Positions 12,788-25,177 of a DNA stretch of 64,000 nt are shown in pieces. The notes under the pieces are model-generated. The model worked only from the letters and a program-made list of their open reading frames with translations. It was not told the DNA's origin and ran no database searches. This stretch comes from Phaeosaccion multiseriatum (Eukaryota; Protista; Ochrophyta, other classes), in NCBI GenBank assembly GCA_965112735.1, contig OZ218954.1, forward strand, positions 2,914,001-2,978,000. Reading direction: 5' to 3'. Position 1 is the first letter of the stretch, and each line of letters opens with the position of its first letter. The translations under genes were made by a program, and so were the position numbers.

Positions 12788-14846
12788 ATATCCTCTCTCT
12801 CTCTCCCCCTCTCTCTTTTGTTCTCTCCTCTCTCACTCTCTCCTGTCTCTTGCCTCTCTCTCGCTGTTTCTCTCCTCTGCCTCTCTCTGTCCGCTTCTCC
12901 TCCCGCGCAACTCTCTGTCTCTCTTCTCTGTGCCTCTCTTGTCTCTCATCCCTCCATTCTCTCTCCCTCCACACTGCTCCCCTTTGATCGTTAGGGACAT
13001 GATGCAGGAGTTCGATGACAAACTCCCGAGGAGACGCTTTGACAACTTTCAGGCAAGTCTCTATGGTGTTGCACCGACCACTTAGCTCGTTGGCTTGTCG
13101 AGAGAGAGAGAGAGAGACAGAGAGAGGGAGAGAATGACAGAAGGAAGAATAGCAGAGACTTACCGTACGTCAGACCCCCCCCAAAACACATGCACACACA
13201 CACGCACACATACACGCACACACACACATGCGCACACATACACACACAACCACACACACATACACACACAACCACACACACATATATATACACGCCCACA
13301 TACATACACATACACACACATACATACATACACATCCATACATACACAATACACACACATACATACACATTCATACATACATACACATACATACATACAT
13401 ACATACATACACACATACATACACACACAGTTTGTGGACTTCAACAGGACCGTGCGGGGGCTAAGTGGAGAAGCCAAGGAGGCAGCCTTTGCTGTAGCGG
13501 CGCTGATGGAGTGCCCCGAGCAGTACAAGCTCATTTGCCAGATGGGGCTACTGGGGAGGACGGGTGAGTAAGCGAGTGTGTGAGGGAGGGGAGGGAGGGA
13601 GGGATGCCCACTGTGTATCTCTTCCCCCCTATCGTATACACGTTCTCTCTCTCAATGTATGTATGTACCGTATACACACTCTCTCACCTCTCTGTCACTC
13701 TCTCTCTCTCTCTCCGCCCTCGCTCTCTCCTTCTGTACCTCCCTTTCCCTCTCCCCCTCCCTCTCTCTCTCCCTCGCCATTCCCCTCTTCTCTCTCCCTC
13801 TCCCTCTCTCACCCCCCCCCCCCCCCGGCCCTGGTCTCACACCTTCTCCCTCTCTCCCAATCTCTCTGGGCATGTGCTGCTCATGCTCTCTTTCCAACAA
13901 GGCGCATACACCACTCGGCCTGTGAGAACGCTGCCTCCACCCGACGCTTCTTCGGCAGCAGCCGCAGCATCAGCAGTTGGTGGTACAGCAGCATCTGCAG
14001 GAGGAGCAGCGCGAACGGCATCAGCAGCAGCAGGTGGATCGTCCTCATCATCATCATCATCATCATCAGCAGCAGCAGGCGGAGGAGGAGGTGCGACGGC
14101 GCCGTTATCTCGTGCTCAAAGACCCTCGGCACCACCCGCGCCCCTCTCCCCGGATCATCACTCTCCTCTGATTCAACCGTCGCAAAACCCCAGCGACTAC
14201 AGTGAGTTTGTGTGCCCCATTACGCAAGAGGTGTATGAAGATCCTGTGGTGTGCATGGACGGTCACTCGTACGAGCGGACAGCAATCGAGGTGAGGAGGA
14301 GGGGGAGGAGGAAGAAGAAGAAGAAGAAGAAGAAGAAGAGGAGGAGGAGGAGGAGGAGCAGGAGAAAGAGGAGGAGAAGAGGAGGAGCAGGAGAAAGAGG
14401 AGGAGGAGGAGGAGCAGGAGAAAGAGGAGGAGGAGAAAGAGGAGGAGGAGGAGGAGGAGGACCTCTACTTGTACTGCTTGTTGCGCTGTGCTGAGGCGAT
14501 GTGACGGTGTACGTTGTACGAAGGGGTGGCTCTGCCTTCACCCCCACGACAGCTTTTACTTCACTCTCTTCCCCTCTCTCCCTCATCGTCTCTCTCTGTG
14601 TCTTCCTCTTTCTCTCCCTCTCCCTCTCCCTCTTCCCCTCCCTCCCCCTCTCCCTCTCTCGCCTACTCTCCCCTCCCCCCTCTCGCTCTCTATCCCCATC
14701 TCTACTTCTCCCGCTAATAGGAGTGGCTTCGTCGCCACGACACCTCACCTCTGACGAACCAGAGGCTGCCCGGCAAGCTCCTTGTGCCCAACCACGCCAT
14801 AAGGAGTCGAATTCAGGCCATGCAAGGGCTGCGATCGAACACCTAA
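10220..14846 (+). CDS. Copine/RGLG-type vWA domain protein with N-terminal TM helices and C-terminal U-box (putative E3 ubiquitin ligase), 10 exons
   Basis: Exons give GLESCNLIVG|VDFTKSNEWSGK, FDDDKLIPAYGFGD, LSGPTNFGPLI, YHILVIVADGQV, YPLSIVMVGVGDGPW, FDDKLPRRRFDNFQ|FVDF, FAVAALMECPEQY (RGLG/copine core), then FVCPITQEVYEDPVVCMDGHSYERTAIE|EWLRRHDTSPLTNQRL...PNHAIRSRI (U-box). Stop TAA 14844-14846. Confidence 0.92.
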
Positions 14847-14881
14847 GCTCAAGCTCAAGCGTATTCGTATGCCGAGTGAAG

Positions 14882-15010
14882 GCGAGGACCACCAGTGCCC
14901 AGAGCAAGCATCCAAAGGGTGACAGTCGCACTCGTAGGCGGAGCGAGGACCACCAGTGCCCAGAGCAAGCATCCAAAGGGTGACAGTCGCACTCGTAGGC
15001 GGAGCGAGGA
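14882..15010. repeat. 61-bp tandem duplication
   Basis: gcgaggaccaccagtgcccagagcaagcatccaaagggtgacagtcgcactcgtaggcgga x2, just downstream of the copine stop. Confidence 0.9.
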
Positions 15011-15973
15011 TAAGTCTTCCTCATGTGCCCACAGCAGCACCCAAAAGATGCACAAGCGGCGGCTTGCGAGGGTATGGCCCTCCTCACGTCAAGAACAAGG
15101 AGGAGGGGGGGGGGGAAGGCATGCTTGCACGACCCCCTCGATGAGGCAAGGGTACTTCAACAAAAATGACGTCATCATTTTCTTCAAGTACCCTTGGATG
15201 ACACAACAGCAGCGCAACAGCAGCACAACAGCAGCACAACAGCAGCACAACAGCAGCACAACAGCAGCACAACAGCAGCACAACAGCAGCTTCCTCCTCT
15301 CTGCATGTCGATGCTCGAGAGGGCACGGTAGAGAGAGGACGAGGAGTGCCTCTAATTGCGGCGCCCGCTGTAGCTCCGTGGTAGGAGCAGTGGTGATGAT
15401 GGTGGTGGTGGTGTAGTGGGGCACAAACTGCAAGCTGCAAGCCGCAAGCTGCAATCTGCAAGCTGCTGCTCAAGCAGTGCCCATATGCCCTCTGCGTGGG
15501 GGACGATTTGTGTGCTGACAGGGGAGAGTTTCTGTGGTTGGGACGGCGTGGTGGACGCGCGCCTTCGGCAAAGCGCAGGATGGGCACATCGTGGGGGTAG
15601 TGCGGCAGCTCAGCTACCACAACACCATCGGCATCCCGACGCTGGCCCCAACCATGTACTAGTGCTGAGTATCAGGCAAGTGTTGAAGGCACTTGACTCT
15701 TGCCATTCAAAGGCAGAAGGGGGGAAGGAATGGACCTAAGGTGGCACTTCCAAGCCTCTAAAAGGCGAAATGGGGTGACAGCTGCAGAGGACAGACGAAC
15801 ACCACGGGCAGGGCCACGCCACTGCTACCGGACTCCTTCTGCTGCTGGACTGCTGCTGGACTTCTGCTGGGGCGTCCGACTGCTGGGCAGATGGCGAGTG
15901 TATCGTATGGCAAACGCTTGGGTTGGCGAGCCTGAAGGGTAAGGAAGGGTCATGGCGTTGCCGAGGAGCAGGC

Positions 15974-16081
15974 CATCAACAGCTCATCAACAGCTCCTCA
16001 ATAGCACATCAACAGCTCATCAACAGCACATCTGATGAGCTGCTCAACAGCTGCTCAACAGCTCATCAACAGCTCATCAAC
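15974..16081. repeat. 11-bp minisatellite (catcaacagct)n, degenerate
   Basis: Repeated catcaacagct/catcaacagca units. Confidence 0.8.
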
Positions 16082-17330
16082 GGCTGTAGCTACATGTAGC
16101 TGGTGAGATGGAGTTGGTCAGCCGCTGGATCCCCGAAGCATGGCGCGAAAGCAGCAGCAGCTTCTCAGCAGGGCCCTGGTGCAGAGGAGGGGCGAATGCG
16201 ATGAGCGTGAGAGGCGACGGGAGTGAGAGCAAGAGCCGTACGGTACAGCTGCCAATCATACCGTATGAGTGGGTGGGCCGAGCGATGCATAGCTGGAGCT
16301 GCTGGAAGAGAGAAGGACTACCACTAGCAAAGGTTTCCGACAAAAAGGTTTAAGAGGAGAAGAGAGAGGGAAGGGATAATATGGATTTGGCCTGTGTTGT
16401 GTTCAGCGTCCCTCCGAGCTCGCTCCAGTTTGGTAAAGGTATACAGATGCAAAGGGAAGAAGACACACGCGCACTCACACTTGACTACTTCTCTTCTTTC
16501 CCTCCATGCTTGTCTCTGTTTCTGGGGGCGTTTGGTAGTGAGTGAGTGAGTGGCGAAGGGAAGGGAGAGGGCTGAAGATAGTCGGAAAAGGATAAGGAAT
16601 CGAGCGAGAAGCTCCCCATGTGTGCTCTTTTCTCGTTACACTAAACCACTTGATGATGTAAAGCCATTTCAGTCAGTCTTACAATAAGTCATCAAGGGCA
16701 AAATGAAGAGGATCAGTGCCGTCCACTGCCGTCCACTGCCATCCACTGCCATCAGACTCCACTCGACCCTGATGCCTGCCTCCCCCTTTCCCCCCCCCGG
16801 GAAGCGCCCCCAAAGCCGCGAATCTGTTGCCTGTGCCTGCCTGCCCCTCTTGTCTGGCCCAAGCACCGCAGGCATGTATAAGTTAATGAAAACAATCGAT
16901 AATTCACCACATTCAGCTTGCTCATGGCACAAATACATTGCCCCAGCCACTCATCCCCCCCCCCCCCCCCCGCCGCCCCACGAGCTGATGAATGTGATCC
17001 TGCTGATGAATGTGATCCCTGTCATTGCGGCGTGGTCACCCTAGGGATGAGATGCGAGCCAGCGCTTATGCAAGCCAGCGCTTGCGTTTTGAGGTGCCCT
17101 ACGGTGGACGCGCAAGCCCCTCCACAAAGGTGGCCACCTTCCCCCACCATCGCGATGACTTGGGTAGTGGCCAAGGACCAAGGGCCCAAGTGCGTGCGGC
17201 TGGCCACGGCTAGGGTGATGGGGTGAAGGGGTGATGAGGTCATGTGCGTTGACTGTTGCTGGCTCTGCGTAACGGTTCTGCGTAACGGCTCTCCGCAGGG
17301 ACCCTCCGATCCGATGGTCCAAGGACAGCC

Positions 17331-17410
17331 TCTGTCAGCTCCTGTCAGCTCCTGTCAGCTCCTGTCAGCTCCTGTCAGCTCCTGTCAGCTCCTGTCAGCT
17401 CCTGTCAGCT
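17331..17410. repeat. 10-bp minisatellite (cctgtcagct)x8
   Basis: Eight near-perfect tandem units. Confidence 0.95.
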
Positions 17411-17721
17411 CAAGCCAGGCCACGCAGGTACACGCCATTGCTCGGCAACTCGGAGACGTGTAGCGGGCACACCACACCACCACAGCACACGCACACACCC
17501 GCACAGCTCACGCACCCTCACGTTCGTCTGCTGTGGACGAATAGGTTGGAGTGGAGAGGAGAGGGTCTGACCACACCAGCACAGCGGGATGGGGTGACGG
17601 GGCGCCCTTGAATAGGAGGGGGCGGCGCCATACGCACAATGCGCACAATGCGTTCGAGGGAAGGTGGGTCGATCTTGCCGCCGCTGCCGCCGCTGCCGTT
17701 GCTGCTGTGGTTGTAACCCTA

Positions 17722-17762
<41 letters not shown>

Positions 17763-18071
17763 ATCACCAACTGCTCCTTCTGCTGCTGCCCCGTCCCTCA
17801 TGGGGAGCGTGCCCGGGGAGTCGTGCGCCTCGGATTGCTCCCCTCTCCAGAGACACGACAGAGAGAACAAAAAAAAGAAGAAAAAAGAGAAGAGGTATTT
17901 TGCTTGTCTGCGCAGCGCAGCCTTGCCTGCTCCTTCATCAAACACCGCCCTGAGTAGGAGAAACTCTCCAGTGCTTTATCCCTGTAGCGGGGCATCATGC
18001 ACTCATTCACGCACTTCCACACTCCCTCACACCCTCAACTCATTCACGCACTCACTCCCTCACGCAAGCAC

Positions 18072-19703
18072 TCATTTCCCCTGAACATCCCCGAAGAGCT
18101 GCAGCAGGTGTATGAAGAGGTTCATGATATCTTTTTGAGAGGAAGAGGGGGGGGGGGGGCGAAAGGGCGAAAGGGCGAAAGCAAACACGGAGGACAAGGA
18201 AGAAGGAGAAAAACGGAACATACATGAGGGCCAGAAGGTCCAAGAGGGGATGAGCATATGCCAAACAAGTAAGTACGTACGTATGAGGCTTACAATCACA
18301 AGCACAAGAACCAGAACCCTCTAGGATCTGGAGTGAGCAGACAAAACCTATCCACCTTACTCCAGCCCCTCCCCTCCCCCGCCCTAACCCTGTAGGATCT
18401 GGAGTGAGCAGACAACACCTATCCACCTTACTCCAGCCCCTCCCCTCCCCCGCCCTAACCCTCTAGGATCTGGAGTGAGCAGACAACACCTATCCACCTT
18501 ACTCCAGCCCCTCCCCTCCCCCGCCCTAACCCTCTAGGATCTGGAGTGAGCAGACAAAACCTATCATCCACCTTACTCCAGCCCCTCCCCTCCCCCGCCC
18601 TAACCCTCTAGGATCTGGAGTGAGCAGACAAAACCTATCCACCTTACTCCAGCCCCTCCCCTCCCCCCGCCCTAACCCTCTAGGATCTGGAGTGAGCAGA
18701 CAAAACCTATCATCCACCTTACTCCAGCCCCTCCCCTCCCCCGCCCTAACCCTCTAGGATCTGGAGTGAGCAGACAAAACCTATCCACCTTACTCCAGCC
18801 CCTCCCCTCCCCCGCCCTAACCCTCTAGGATCTGGAGTGAGCAGACAACACCTATCCACCTTACTCCAGCCCCTCCCCTCCCCCGCCCTAACCCTCTAGG
18901 ATCTGGAGTGAGCAGACAACACCTATCCACCTTACTCCAGCCCCTCCCCTCCCCCGCCCTAACCCTCTAGGATCTGGAGTGAGCAGACAACACCTATCCA
19001 CCTTACTCCAGCCCCTCCCCTCCCCCGCCCTAACCCTCTAGGATCTGGAGTGAGCAGACAACACCTATCCACCTTACTCCAGCCCCTCCCCTCCCCCGCC
19101 CTAACCCTCTAGGATCTGGAGTGAGCAGACAACACCTATCCACCTTACTCCAGCCCCTCCCCTCCCCCGCCCTAACCCTCTAGGATCTGGAGTGAGCAGA
19201 CAACACCTATCCACCTTACTCCAGCCCCTCCCCTCCCCCGCCCTAACCCTCTAGGATCTGGAGTGAGCAGGCAACACCTATCCACCTTACTCCAGCCCCT
19301 CCCCTCCCCCGCCCTAACCCTCTAGGATCTGGAGTGAGCAGACAAAACCTATCCACCTTACTCCAGCCCCTCCCCTCCCCCGCCCTAACCCCTCTAGGAT
19401 CTGGAGTGAGCAGACAAAACCTATCATCCACCTCACTCCAGCCCCTCCCCCCCCCCCCTCCCCCGCCCTAACCTTGGTAGAGGAGACACGAGCCGAGCAC
19501 GTAGTCTCTGCTGTCGATCTGACTGTGCTCGCGGTGTTTGCCTCCGAGGACGAGGTAGGTGTCGTAGATGACGAAGGCGCACTGAATCAATTGGGCCATG
19601 TGTGTGTGTGTGTGGGAGGGCGAGAGAGAGAAAAGAGAATGAGCGAGTGGAGATTAGAGAAGAGAAAGGAAAATGGAGAGGGACGCACACACGCACGCAC
19701 GCA

Positions 19704-19736
<33 letters not shown>

Positions 19737-20716
19737 GCACACACACATACACACACTTACCGAGAGGAAGGCACCAAATGTCGAGTACAGGGCCATCACA
19801 ATGGGGGACTTGAACAGCAAAGACATAATTGCGAAGCCTGGGGGGGGGGGAGGAAAGGAGAGAGGGGGAGGGAGAGGGAGGGGGGGGGGGAGGGAGGAGG
19901 GGAGGGGGAGAAGGGGGAGAGAAGGGGGGGAGGGATGACAGAATCAGGGGGGCTGCTTAGGAGATGACTACGACCGACCGACAGCAGACCGACAGCAGAT
20001 CAATGTGTCAGGACTCATGGAGCTGAGCTGAGTGGGGCCAATATTTGAAGTCCACAGCCAAAGAGAGGAGGACGGGCAACCAGTGCCAAGCAAATCAGAC
20101 TTCTCTCTCTACCCTCTCTGCCCCACGCACCCGCACGGCAAAGAGTCCCCTATACAGCAGCACATGGTGAAGAGTACGCATCCCTCCCTCCCCTCCCTCC
20201 CTCCCTCCCTCCCCTCCCTCTCCTCCCCTCCCTCCCCTCCCCCTCTCCCTCTCCTCCCCTCCCTCCCCTCCCTCTCCTCCCTCCCCTCCCTCCTCCATCC
20301 CCTCCCTCCCCTCCCCCTCTCCCTCTCTCCCTCCCCTCCCTCCCCTCCCTCCCTCCCCCCCCTCCCCTCCCTCCCTCCCCCCCCTCCCTCCCTCCCTCCC
20401 TCCCTCCCTCCCTCCCCTCCCCTCCCCTCCCTTCTCTCCCTCACCGATGAGGCACATAACGCCACTGAAGAGCATACCCCCCATGCGTGTGAGGTCATAC
20501 TTGGGGTTGTTTTGGAAGGCGTAAAGCGTGAGGCCCAAGAAGGCGAAGGACGTTTGAAAAAAGGCCATCATGACGCTCCTGGTGGTGTATGGCAGCGTAC
20601 ACACTGCCACCTGTTGTATAGGTGTAGTAGTAGTAGTAGTAGTGGTAGTAGTGGTAGTAGTAGTAGCAGTAGTAGTAGTAGTAGTAGTAGTAGTAATAGC
20701 AGCAGAAGTAGTAGTA

Positions 20717-20748
<32 letters not shown>

Positions 20749-22829
20749 TGTAGTAGTAGTAGTAGTAGCAGTAGTAGTAGTAGTAGTAGTAGTAGTTGTA
20801 GTAGTATTTGTTGTTGTGGTTGTAGAAGTCAGTAGGAAGTAAGCCGTTAGTAAGTCATGGCTGGCTTTTTTTTACTTACGTAAGAGACTGGCTAAATACT
20901 CCCAAAGCACAGCAGTATTATTGTAACCGTTTTGACACACCTCCCCATCCACTGCCATCCCCAGTCCTGACACCACCCTTGACGCACCATGGATCCGAAG
21001 AAGAGCGTGAAGATTGTGACCCAACCCACGTTACGGGGAAATTGTCGCCTGAGCTTGGGGTTAGCGATGATGGCGGAAAGCTGCGACAGGGGCGAGGGAC
21101 GGAGGGAGGGAGGGAGAGAGGGAGGGAGAGAGGGAGGGAGAGAGGGAGAGAGAGAGAGAGAAACGTGTGAGGACTTCACAGAGGCGTCGCTGATTGAAGG
21201 CAAAAAGCCATGAAATTAAGCAAAGATAAATGAGAGACAACATGTAGGAAGCACACAAAGCCTTGCGAGACAACATGTAGGAAGCACACAAAGCCTTGCG
21301 AGACAACATGTAGGAAGCACACAAAGCCTTGCGAGACAACATGTAGGAAGCACACAAAGCCTTGCGGATGGAAGAAAGGCAAAGGCCCAACCTAATAAGA
21401 GAGGCACGTTATTCCTCCAAGGACCTTGAAGCGAGGGGAGGGAATACAATCGATTTACGGGAATCAACCTAAGAACTACTACGTAGTAGTACGTAAGAAG
21501 AAGGAAAACTGCGAGGAAAGGGCAGAGCAGCAGAACCTGCCAACACCAACTGACGAATGACAACAGGCCACTGACAAATGGCGACGACTGAACTCAACTG
21601 TTCCTATGGTGCCGAGCATGTTGCCCAAATACATGGCGGTGAGAACGAAGGGGTGGAGACGATTCAGCTTGGACAGGATGGCAGCTCGGTTGCTCTGGAC
21701 AGCGCATATCAGGGCCCCCGTCAGCAGGCACTGGTAGGTCAAGAGGCAGTAGACCTGTGGCAAGGACGGGAATGGGGGGGTGGGAGGGAGGGGGGGGGGG
21801 GGCAGGGGAGCATGCAGAGGCTGGTTGGCTGGTAGGCTGGTTGGCTGGTTGGTGATATGGTGGATGAAGACGGGGTGGATGCTGTTCGGCAAGCCCTCAC
21901 ACTCACAGAGAGGGGGAGGAGGGGACGAAAAGCACTCTCCTCACCAGCCCTGAAGCTCACACACAGGGAGGGGGCACTTTTAAGCACCTTGTGTGGATAA
22001 GCCCTTACTTCAAAACATATACACACACACACACAAACAGAGAGAGAGGAAGGAGGGCATCTCATGCACCTTCCTGACGAAGCCTATCCTGCGGTCTCGG
22101 ACAAAGAATTCCGCCGCATACTCAAACTCCGTGTTGGCCTTCGCGTCCTTTGAAGGATGACCACGACCATATGTGGAAGGAGAAGAAACACAGGGGTGGG
22201 GCATTGGGAGGGGGTGGGGGGTGTAGGAGGATGTGAGACAATGCGAATGGGGTGGAAGACGAGACCAATGAGGACACAGAGGAGAGGTAGAAGCGTGACA
22301 AGCAGCTTCTTCAAGACGCGGAGAGGGGGGAGGCAAAAGGTCCGCCGGGCAAGCGATGGCGACATGACGACGAAGGTCGGCCCTCTGTTTTCTCTCCCTC
22401 TTTCCCTCTTTCCCCAGGTCCTCCTCGTCCTCCACTAACCAGAGCGTCCTTCTTGTCAGCCTCCTTCTTAAGCTTGTCAAGGGTCTGCTGCTGACTGCCC
22501 CCTAGTCCGCGCTGCACAGGCGGCACTGTCCTTCCCGCGCCCCCTGATGTAGCCCCCCCGCGGACGCCGTGGAGCCATCCCGTTCGCCCTGTTCTTCTCG
22601 AAAAGGAGGAAGCGTTCCAGCGGGAGGAAGTATGGAGTAGCTTCAGCTGCTGCTGCTGCTGTTGGTGGTGCAGGTGTCCAGACGGCGCGCCGAAGCATTC
22701 ATCTGATCGCCCTTCCCCGAGCTTGAGCTGGTTCAAGAGGAGCGCGAGAGAGAGCAACCAAGGATATGATCGCTTCCTCCGATACCTTGGGTCGGCGCGC
22801 TGATGGCATGAGGAAGGGCGTCTGCTCAT
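18072..22829 (-). CDS. Bax inhibitor-1 / Lifeguard (TMBIM, LFG subfamily) membrane protein, ~8 exons
   Basis: Spliced product contains RRIGFVRK|VYCLLTYQCLLT, RRQFPRNVGWVTIFT, AFLGLTLYAFQNNPKYDLT, CAFVIYDTYLVLGGKH, DSRDYVLGSCLLYQ|DIMNLFIHLLQLFG, all typical LFG motifs. Start codon less certain. Confidence 0.9.
18316..19472 (-). repeat. 71-bp tandem array (16 copies) filling the last intron of the LFG gene
   Basis: Sense unit GTTAGGGCGGGGGAGGGGAGGGGCTGGAGTAAGGTGGATAGGT(T/G)TTGTCTGCTCACTCCAGATCCTAGAGG; begins at the intron donor (19472). Confidence 0.95.
21234..21366. repeat. 33-bp tandem repeat x4 (intronic, LFG gene)
   Basis: gagacaacatgtaggaagcacacaaagccttgc x4. Confidence 0.95.
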
Positions 22830-23327
22830 CTTCGATTAGAGAGAGTACGCCTGGGAAGCAACAGCCACGTGGAGGGGGGAAGGAAAGAAATGGGGTACAT
22901 TTTATTGAAGTGTAGTCGCCCCTTGTGAGTCGGGAGCACCAACTCCCTCACACAATCGCTTTCCTTTTCCATCTTCTTTTATTTTCCCTTGTCTTATACT
23001 CAACAGTTAAAAGACCCTTAAGCCGAAGCTTGAACGACAAGCCTTATACCGAGGCGTGCCACTCACCCTGCGCAATGGTGGAGGATGATTCAGGCAAGAT
23101 TCTTTCCCCCGAATCTTTCGAGCTCTTTCCAACTCTTCCTCCTCTTCTCCGGCCGCTGAGCCCTCAACACCACACCACACTCCCACAAAATCACTCATTT
23201 GCATGTCTCCTACTCTCGGGGTACACTTTAGGCCAAGTCAAAGGTAGGGATATCGGTAAGATCTCAACGCTGGCTCGCCTCGAATTTCTCTCTCCCAGGC
23301 GATGTGCTGCGGTCTTTGCGGAGAGAG

Positions 23328-24151
23328 ATGGGAGCACCGAAGCGAACCCAACCCGCGGCACCTTCAGCAGCCTCGGATGGAATGTCCCGGAGGCTCAGCA
23401 CCATCAACTCTGCCGAAGATGGAGACAGGGACAGGCTGCTGGGTGAGTATCGTCGTGCCCAAAAAAAATAAAAGCAAGTCTCTTGGAGTGGCTTTGTCAG
23501 CCATGCATTATGGCTTTTAGCGTTCGGCTCTTGCCCCACGGGCGCGGTACCACGGCCGCCAACCGACTTGCATCACCAATCAAAGACCCTCTCTTGCAAT
23601 GCCGCAATCTTGTCTGCCTTTCTCCCCCTTACCTCAGAGGAGGCACTGGGGGCCCGTGCTGAGGAAGGCGGGATGCCCATCTATGACCCCGTGTGGGGAC
23701 AACCGGACTACCCGCCCGGACACAAGCCCCGGCCCTGCCAGGTCTTCGGCGTGTTGTGCTGCCCGTGCTGCTCTGTGAGTTGAGTCTTGGGATTGGTTAC
23801 CCAAGTCGTGCCTGTAAACTACTCAAGTAGTAGATGGGCAAGCAGGTGTTGGGTTTGATCTCACACCTGCTTCCCTCTTGGCCCTTCGCTGTCCCGTTTC
23901 CCCCCTTCCTTCCCCTCCTCTAACCTAAGTAAGCGTCACATTGCTTTCCCCCCCCCCGCCCGTGTCGTGTCAACGCTCTGTGTGCAGGGGAGGGGCGGGG
24001 TGTGTGGGGAGAAGAACAAGACTGTGTGGAAGCGCATCCGCTTCCGAGCAGCCGTTATTTTCTCCGTCATTCAGGTGGGTGGGTGGGTGGGTGGGGTGGG
24101 ACGACTTCGACTGGAGTTTAGATGGAGGTAGAAGAGGAGAGAGAGAGAGCG

Positions 24152-24188
<37 letters not shown>

Positions 24189-25142
24189 GAGAGAGAGAGA
24201 GAGAGAGAGAGAGCACCCATGGGATGGGGGTTTGGGGGTTTGAGGCGGGTGTCGTGGAGGGGGGGGCTGGGCACGGCCCGCTTGCGGTTGGAGTTATGCA
24301 GGCTGCGAACCTGTCATCCGACATGCTCTCCATATGCTCTCAACCTGTTGAGAGAACATGCTGTAGAGATAGGGCACTGTGGAGACCCCCGCGTCTTACT
24401 TCCACCGGCTCTCTCCTGTCTTTTCCTCTTCTCTCTGTCTGACTCTCGCCCTTCTGTCTTCTCTCTCCATCTCTCCTTCCCCCACGTCTCTCTCTGTCTT
24501 TTCCTCTGTCTCACTGTGCAGATAATACTGTTTGTGGTCAGCATCATCCTCAATCGTGGCTTTGAACGACCGAGAGACAACCCCCTCTTGGGCCCTTCGG
24601 TGGACACTCTTCTCCGGATGGGCGCAAAGGAGAGCAAGTAGGTGCTTGGATGAGTCCGTAACATGAAGAGTCGTCCACTGCCATCTCATCTACTAACTAC
24701 AGTTGTAGCTTGACGAGTTTGATGTCGCTCTCCCAGGTGTTTTGTGTGTGTCTACTGTCATGTCTTCTAAGAAAAAGTACTTGGGGGGATGGATACGTAA
24801 GGACTAGCGTGATCACCCTCCAGCTTTCGTAGTACGTATGTATGTGTGTGTATGTGTATGTATGTATGTATGTATGTATGTATGTATGTATGTATGTATG
24901 TATGTATGTATGTATGTATGTATGTATGTATATGTATGCATAGTATGTATGTATATGTAGTATTTATGCATGTAACTCTGATCCATGTCTGTGCATGTTC
25001 CGACGGAGAGCAGGCACATGCTGGAGGAGGGGCAGTGGTGGAGAGTCATTACGGCGGTGATGCTACACGGCGGCTTCCTGCACATCTTTATGAACGTGAG
25101 TAGCAAAGCCCATCTGGTCCTCTTCTCTCTCTCTCTCTCTCG

Positions 25143-25177
<35 letters not shown>

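Noticed and set aside
18316-19472. 71-bp array as a CRISPR array or a telomere
   Set aside because: Units are contiguous with no unique spacers and no cas genes; TTAGGG occurs once per unit inside an intron, not as a terminal tandem tract.
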